64,000 bases of DNA from NCBI GenBank assembly GCA_045591805.1, contig JAZNTO010000130.1:2924-66923 (forward strand), written 5' to 3'. The notes below the pieces were generated by a model, which saw nothing but the letters and a program-made list of their open reading frames with translations, was not told the DNA's origin and made no database searches. The DNA is from Akkermansia sp. (GTDB lineage Bacteria; Verrucomicrobiota; Verrucomicrobiia; Verrucomicrobiales; Akkermansiaceae). The position numbers and the translations under genes are program-made. This document shows, in pieces, positions 59,498 to 64,000 of the stretch. The first letter of the stretch is position 1. Each line of letters opens with the position of its first letter.

Positions 59498-59526
59498 ATA
59501 CTAGCGCCTTTTCTCCCTATTGTCAA
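59498..59526 (-). promoter_or_regulatory. Sigma70-type promoter of the nusA operon
   Basis: TTGACA-17-TAGTAT. Confidence 0.75.
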
Positions 59527-59564
59527 GCAGAAATTCTGTCTCATGGCACGAAAAAGCGGCGGTA

Positions 59565-59618
59565 TTGCGGTTTTCGAAACCGCAGGTTCTGCACGTTGCG
59601 GAAATGAACGCAGTGCAG
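59565..59618. repeat. Two adjacent palindromes; the first resembles the 12.9 kb site
   Basis: TTGCGGTTTTCGAAACCGCAG, then CTGCAC-..TGCG..CGCA-GTGCAG. Confidence 0.7.
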
Positions 59619-59651
59619 GGAGGTTGGCGGCGGCGTTGTGAAAAAGTGCCG

Positions 59652-60446
59652 TCAGATAATGTTCGCAAGAATCTCTGCTGTTTTACCCATCTGCAGGAAG
59701 GTGTGGAGGCGTTCGTTTTCCAGCAGCGATACGTAGTGTCGTTCTTCCACCATAGTCCGCAGACCGGGGTCGCGGAAGAGCTCCAGAAAGCGCGAGGCGT
59801 GCGGAACTCCGCTGTGTGCCAGACGTTCATTGTAGAAGCGGGTGAATTCCGGCTCCGACAGCGAGCAGCCATAGGCCACCAAGCAGGCGAGATTCTCGCG
59901 TGCCGGGTTGTCCAGTGGGTCGATGTGGCGCAGCCAGGCGGTGATGTCTGCTTTGCGCAGCGCATTCTTGGCACGGGTGAACCAGGGCATTTCGGGGTTT
60001 TGCTCGCCGCGGTTGTGGGCTTCTGCCAGGTCGCAGTAGTATGCTACGCGGGCAATGTTGCCGTAGTAGGATATGGCTACGGAGCCGACCCAGAACATGA
60101 CAATGCTCATGAGTATTGTGGTGATGATGCCGGTGGCTGTGGCGCCGCCGCGTCTCCAGGAGAAGAGTTGCGAGAACCAGCTCATGCCGTGGAAGAAGAC
60201 GGCAAAGGTAAAGAGCCCCAGCCCCCAAGCGAGGAGCTGCACCATCCAAGGGCGTGGGGAGTCTGTGACGAGTGCCAGGAAGGTGATACCCTTGTTCTGC
60301 AGGAAAATCCACATAGCGGTGCTGCCGGTCACGGCGGTGGCCAGCAGAATCATGCGAATGACGCCCTTGAGCACGGAAAAAATGATGATGAAAAGCAGCA
60401 GAATGCCGAGGATGAGCAGGATCGTAGTCTGAGCGTCGAAGTTCAT
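59652..60446 (-). CDS. Membrane protein, CvpA-like N-terminus plus soluble C-terminal domain
   Basis: FSVLKGVIRMIL and about 4 TMs. ATGA overlap with the cytochrome gene. Confidence 0.65.
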   Translation of the reverse strand: MNFDAQTTILLILGILLLFIIIFSVLKGVIRMILLATAVTGSTAMWIFLQNKGITFLALVTDSPRPWMVQLLAWGLGLFTFAVFFHGMSWFSQLFSWRRGGATATGIITTILMSIVMFWVGSVAISYYGNIARVAYYCDLAEAHNRGEQNPEMPWFTRAKNALRKADITAWLRHIDPLDNPARENLACLVAYGCSLSEPEFTRFYNERLAHSGVPHASRFLELFRDPGLRTMVEERHYVSLLENERLHTFLQMGKTAEILANII

Positions 60447-62527
60447 GGTGCTTGTGGTGTGGGGGGATTTTGCAGAGCCCGCATAAGCTCCAGCTCTTGC
60501 TGAGCCTCTGCCTCGCGGCCGAGGTGTTGCAGCAGCTGCGCTTTGTTGTAGCGGGCGCGGTGGTGGGTGGGTTGCAGTTGTAGTGCTTTGTCCAGTGCGC
60601 TTACGGCGTATCCGAACTGCCCTACTTCTGCGAGTATGAGTCCCAGGCGGTAAAAGGCTTCTGCGTTTTGTGGCGCAACTCGAGTGCAGTTCAGCATCTG
60701 CTGCAGGGCTTCCATGGGTCTGTTCTGCCTTGCCAGGAATACGGCGTAGTCCAGGTAGGCCACATAGGCTGCCGGATCCAGCTCTGTGGCGCGCTTGTAC
60801 TGCTTTTCAGCCTCGGCTGTGTCTCCGCGAGCCTCTGCCAGAATGGCCAGTTGCATGGCTCCGGTGGGTTGGTCTGCCTGGTGCTCGGCTATGGCTTGCA
60901 TCTCTGCCACGACGCCTGCGGCCTGCGGGTTGTGTACAAGGCGGTCTATGAGCGGCCAGGCCGCGGCGCGGCGCACCAGCAGCACGGGGTCGTGTATCAT
61001 GCTTTCTGCCTCTGCACCCAATATACGAGCCGCCGCCGCGCGCACCATGGCATTTTCATGTTTGGCATCCGCCAGTGCTGCTGCGCGAATTTCGGGCGTA
61101 GGCTCTTGCCGGGCCAGCAGCTCCAGCAGGGTGGCACGCCAGCCGGGTACCTCCTCCTGCGCCAGAGCTGCCAGAAGATCCTGTGTATTGCCTTTGCCGG
61201 CCAAGGCTTGGTGTACAGCTCGCGTGCGGGCACGGTAGCGGGCGTTTTTTTGCTGCGGGTAAGTTTTCTGCACCACTTCAGCGGCCTTTGCATTGTCCAT
61301 ATCTGTGTGGCACATGGTGCAGGCGTTCGGGGTGCCCAGTTCGGCGCTCAGCAGGGGATCCGGGGAATTGAAGGAATGGTCCCGCCGCGGGTCACGCGCC
61401 ATGTAGGGGCTCTCGGGCATGTGGCACTCCACGCAGCGGGTGCCCTTGCTGCCGGGCGGGCAGGGGGTATGTGTAGCGATGTCGATGATGGGGCTGGCTG
61501 TGCCTCCTACCGGGGTACCGGAGGCGTGGCAGCGCATGCACAGAGCATTATCCTCCTGCGGGAGCTTGAGCTGCGCGGTGTGTGGGTCGTGGCAATCCAG
61601 GCAGCTCACCCCGGCTTTGCCCATGCGGCTGAGCCGCAGGCCGGTCTCGCAGTAGTCCTCGTCTCGTTGCATGCCATTGGGCCAGAATATCCCCGGGAGG
61701 ATAGGCAGCTCCAGGCGAAAATAATCATCGAAGTTCTTGCCCACCTCAAAGGAGCCGTTGAATTCCTCGCGGCGGGCGTGGCAGGTTGCGCAGTTGTCGT
61801 GCATCTGCCGCGTGCTCAGCCGGCGATCCTTGGCTGCCACCAAGCAGCCATCTTCCGCGGGCTTGTCGGCCACTTTGTGGCATTGAATGCAGCTGACTCC
61901 CGGTTCTTTCCAAGTGGAGGCATATAGGTCCTTCTCCTTGTCGTAATTCTTGCGGAAGTGCGAGGTGTGGCACCAGGCACACTGGGAGTTCCAGTTCATC
62001 CCGCGTCCCAGCCAGTGCCCCCAATCTCCGGCGGCTCGTGTAGCGGCACCCTCGCGGCTCAGGCGGGCATCTGCCTCGAACATATCGAACCACTCCCGCT
62101 TTTCTGTATCCCAAGCGGCGCTCGGGGTATGCAGCCCTCCGTCTTTGCCCCATACAAGGTACTGAACAAGAGGCCTGCGCCCCAGTACAGAGTGCACCTT
62201 AAACTCGCGCTTGCTTTCTCCATCCCGCAGCAGCAGTTCGCCCGCGCGCGTGGTGGTGAAGCTCAGCTCGGAGTTGTGTGCGCTCATCTTTTGCCCATGG
62301 AACGGCTCGGAATCCAGCGCGGCATCCACCTGCCGGTAAGCCCAGGCGTGGTCGCTGCCTGCCCAGTCCTCGAACTCTTTTCTGTGGCAGGCTGCACATT
62401 GCAGGGAGATGGGCACGGCTTGCTGATTCCAATGCGCGCTGTTGCCGGTATACGGCTCCGCTTTCTGCCCCTCTTCGCAAGAGGTGCAGAGCAGCACGCA
62501 GGCAGGCAACAGCAGCTTTTTTCTCAC
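60443..62527 (-). CDS. Octaheme c-type cytochrome lipoprotein with HEAT/TPR C-terminus
   Basis: Eight CXXCH motifs (CAACH, CAWCH, CIQCH, CATCH, CLDCH, CMRCH, CVECH, CTMCH), lipobox CTSC, TPR repeats. Confidence 0.88.
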   Translation of the reverse strand: MRKKLLLPACVLLCTSCEEGQKAEPYTGNSAHWNQQAVPISLQCAACHRKEFEDWAGSDHAWAYRQVDAALDSEPFHGQKMSAHNSELSFTTTRAGELLLRDGESKREFKVHSVLGRRPLVQYLVWGKDGGLHTPSAAWDTEKREWFDMFEADARLSREGAATRAAGDWGHWLGRGMNWNSQCAWCHTSHFRKNYDKEKDLYASTWKEPGVSCIQCHKVADKPAEDGCLVAAKDRRLSTRQMHDNCATCHARREEFNGSFEVGKNFDDYFRLELPILPGIFWPNGMQRDEDYCETGLRLSRMGKAGVSCLDCHDPHTAQLKLPQEDNALCMRCHASGTPVGGTASPIIDIATHTPCPPGSKGTRCVECHMPESPYMARDPRRDHSFNSPDPLLSAELGTPNACTMCHTDMDNAKAAEVVQKTYPQQKNARYRARTRAVHQALAGKGNTQDLLAALAQEEVPGWRATLLELLARQEPTPEIRAAALADAKHENAMVRAAAARILGAEAESMIHDPVLLVRRAAAWPLIDRLVHNPQAAGVVAEMQAIAEHQADQPTGAMQLAILAEARGDTAEAEKQYKRATELDPAAYVAYLDYAVFLARQNRPMEALQQMLNCTRVAPQNAEAFYRLGLILAEVGQFGYAVSALDKALQLQPTHHRARYNKAQLLQHLGREAEAQQELELMRALQNPPTPQAP

Positions 62528-62534
62528 GCCCGGC

Positions 62535-62563
62535 ATTGTAGCACGTCTGCGCCCCCAAGGCAA
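62535..62563 (-). promoter_or_regulatory. Sigma70-type leaderless promoter of the cytochrome operon
   Basis: TTGCCT-17-TACAAT with TG extension, 7 nt before GTG. Confidence 0.7.
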
Positions 62564-62595
62564 GACAAATGCCATCTGCTCAACTATAGACTAAA

Positions 62596-62625
62596 GAAAC
62601 AGGGCTCCCGCAGGAACCCTGTTTC
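62596..62625 (-). terminator. Intrinsic terminator after adk
   Basis: GAAACAGGG...CCCTGTTTC stem followed by TTT on the minus strand. Confidence 0.75.
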
Positions 62626-62650
62626 GGAAAGTGTGTTGCAAGTTTTTGGC

Positions 62651-63304
62651 TTACTTCTCGCAGTAGGTGCGCACAGCAGCGGCAATGCGGGCGGACACAT
62701 CCTCCGGCTCGCCTTCCTCCACTACATCAATCTGCACCACCTTGCCCTGGGCGCGGTAATGCTCCACCACCGGCACGGTAAGTGTCTCGTAGTCCTTGCG
62801 GCGCTTAGCGAACGCCTCGGGGTTGTCGTCGGTACGCACAATCATGGCGCCACCGCACTTGGGGCATACCTCCTCGCCGTTGCGGGTGGTCTCGCCGCAG
62901 GCAGGGCAGGCCTTGCGCTTGAGCATGCGAGCCTCGATAAGCTCGGCAGCCACATTCAGGTACACAACGATGTCCACACCCAGCCCCATGGCGGTCAGGT
63001 TGGCATCCAGCGTCTCGGCCTGAGAAACGGTGCGGGGGTAGCCATCCAGCAGGCAGCCGCAATCCTTGTTCTCGCCCAGCCACTTGGCCACAATGCCGTT
63101 CACTACTTCATCCGGCACAAACATGGCGGCATCCATGTACTTCTTGGCCTCCAGCCCCAGCTCGGAGCCCGCTGCTATCTCGGCACGCAGCAGCGCACCT
63201 GTGCTCAGCGGCTTCAGGCCATAGGTCTCGGAAAGGAAGTTCGACTGTGTACCCTTGCCGGAGGCAGGGGCGCCTACAAGTACAAATCTCTTGAGCGTTT
63301 TCAT
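62651..63304 (-). CDS. adk: Adenylate kinase (Zn-lid type)
   Basis: GAPASGKGTQ, STGALLR, LDGYPRT, CPAC...CPKC, RTDD. Confidence 0.96.
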   Translation of the reverse strand: MKTLKRFVLVGAPASGKGTQSNFLSETYGLKPLSTGALLRAEIAAGSELGLEAKKYMDAAMFVPDEVVNGIVAKWLGENKDCGCLLDGYPRTVSQAETLDANLTAMGLGVDIVVYLNVAAELIEARMLKRKACPACGETTRNGEEVCPKCGGAMIVRTDDNPEAFAKRRKDYETLTVPVVEHYRAQGKVVQIDVVEEGEPEDVSARIAAAVRTYCEK

Positions 63305-63355
63305 ATTTCTTGTAAGATTGAGCTCTGCTGCCTTCGGCCGCAGTCGCTGCGCTTC

Positions 63356-63383
63356 ATTATGCCCGATTTTTCCCGAATTTCAA
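63356..63383 (-). promoter_or_regulatory. Sigma70-type promoter of adk
   Basis: TTGAAA-16-CATAAT. Confidence 0.55.
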
Positions 63384-63564
63384 GCCTAAAGTGTTACCTC
63401 TCCTTATTATTTACTCCTTTTTGTGAGTTAGAGGCAACTAATTGAACCTGCGCTTTGCGTCATAGATTTTTCTTGCTATCGGATGCAGGCACAAGTGCCG
63501 GCATAAGCTTTGCCACCCAGCGGCGCCGACTACCGAACCCAGTACTTAGTAGATTGTAGATTCC

Positions 63565-64000
63565 TTATGTCCAATACATTGCCGCAGCTGCTTTGTGAGT
63601 GGGTACCACGTAGCGGCTGCGTAGCAGGGTGAGGTCGCGGTGCCCCATTTCGAGCTGTAGAGCGGGGAGATTGCGGAAGTGGGTGGCGTGGTAGCTGGCG
63701 AAGGTGTGGCGGCAGGCGTCTGCCTGCCACCGGGAGAACCCGGCAGCGCGGCGTAGCTCGCGCCAGCGTTTCTGCCAGTTGCGCGGTATGGGGCGCTCCC
63801 ACACTTCCGGGGGTAAGGTGTCCAGTCCACGCAGGGGCACTACGCGCCCGCCGCCGGTCTTGCTTTTCTGAGGGCGGATGATGACAATGCCTTCCTCACG
63901 GCAGAAATCGCTTTCCTGCAAGCGGCTCACTTCTGTGGGACGTATGCCGCTGTAGAGCAGTAGATTAAGCGAGAGCTGCATATCGCGGTGCTCAGGTTGC
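63565..64000 (-). CDS. Tyrosine recombinase/integrase, C-terminal catalytic part (runs off the right edge)
   Basis: YSGIRPTE (R), KSKT (K), DACRHTFASY, MGH, RY. The frame is open to the edge. Confidence 0.9.
   Translation of the reverse strand, partial: QPEHRDMQLSLNLLLYSGIRPTEVSRLQESDFCREEGIVIIRPQKSKTGGGRVVPLRGLDTLPPEVWERPIPRNWQKRWRELRRAAGFSRWQADACRHTFASYHATHFRNLPALQLEMGHRDLTLLRSRYVVPTHKAAAAMYWT

Overview
About 57% GC bacterial chromosome segment, most consistent with Verrucomicrobiota (Akkermansia-like), judged from the MurC-MurB fusion, the eukaryote-like GH13_8 glgB and the gene content. It is mostly housekeeping: partial eno, UvrD/PcrA, oppABC, glgB, exbB/exbD-TPR-PBP-suhB-rsmB-ptsHI, DEAD helicase, murC/B-ddl-ftsQ, skp-lpxD, hisC, argG, lolC/E, trxB, nusA-infB-rbfA-asmA-like, adk, and a partial tyrosine recombinase at the right edge. 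No rRNA, tRNA or CRISPR array was seen. The best novel candidate is a pair of near-identical palindromic sites (12762-12925) directly upstream of a low-GC DUF6056/GtrII-like membrane gene. Inverting the 106 bp between them would build a near-consensus TTGACT-17-TAAACT promoter, which suggests a phase-variable surface-glycosylation switch. A related palindrome lies upstream of nusA. Other points: a candidate sRNA carrying an anti-start-codon sequence, an octaheme-TPR lipoprotein operon, a LolC/E with a ~125-aa hook insertion, unannotated small ORFs, many leaderless-type promoters, and two lesions (an infB G-domain deletion and an argG frameshift) that may be assembly errors. All calls come from motif recognition by eye; no searches were run.
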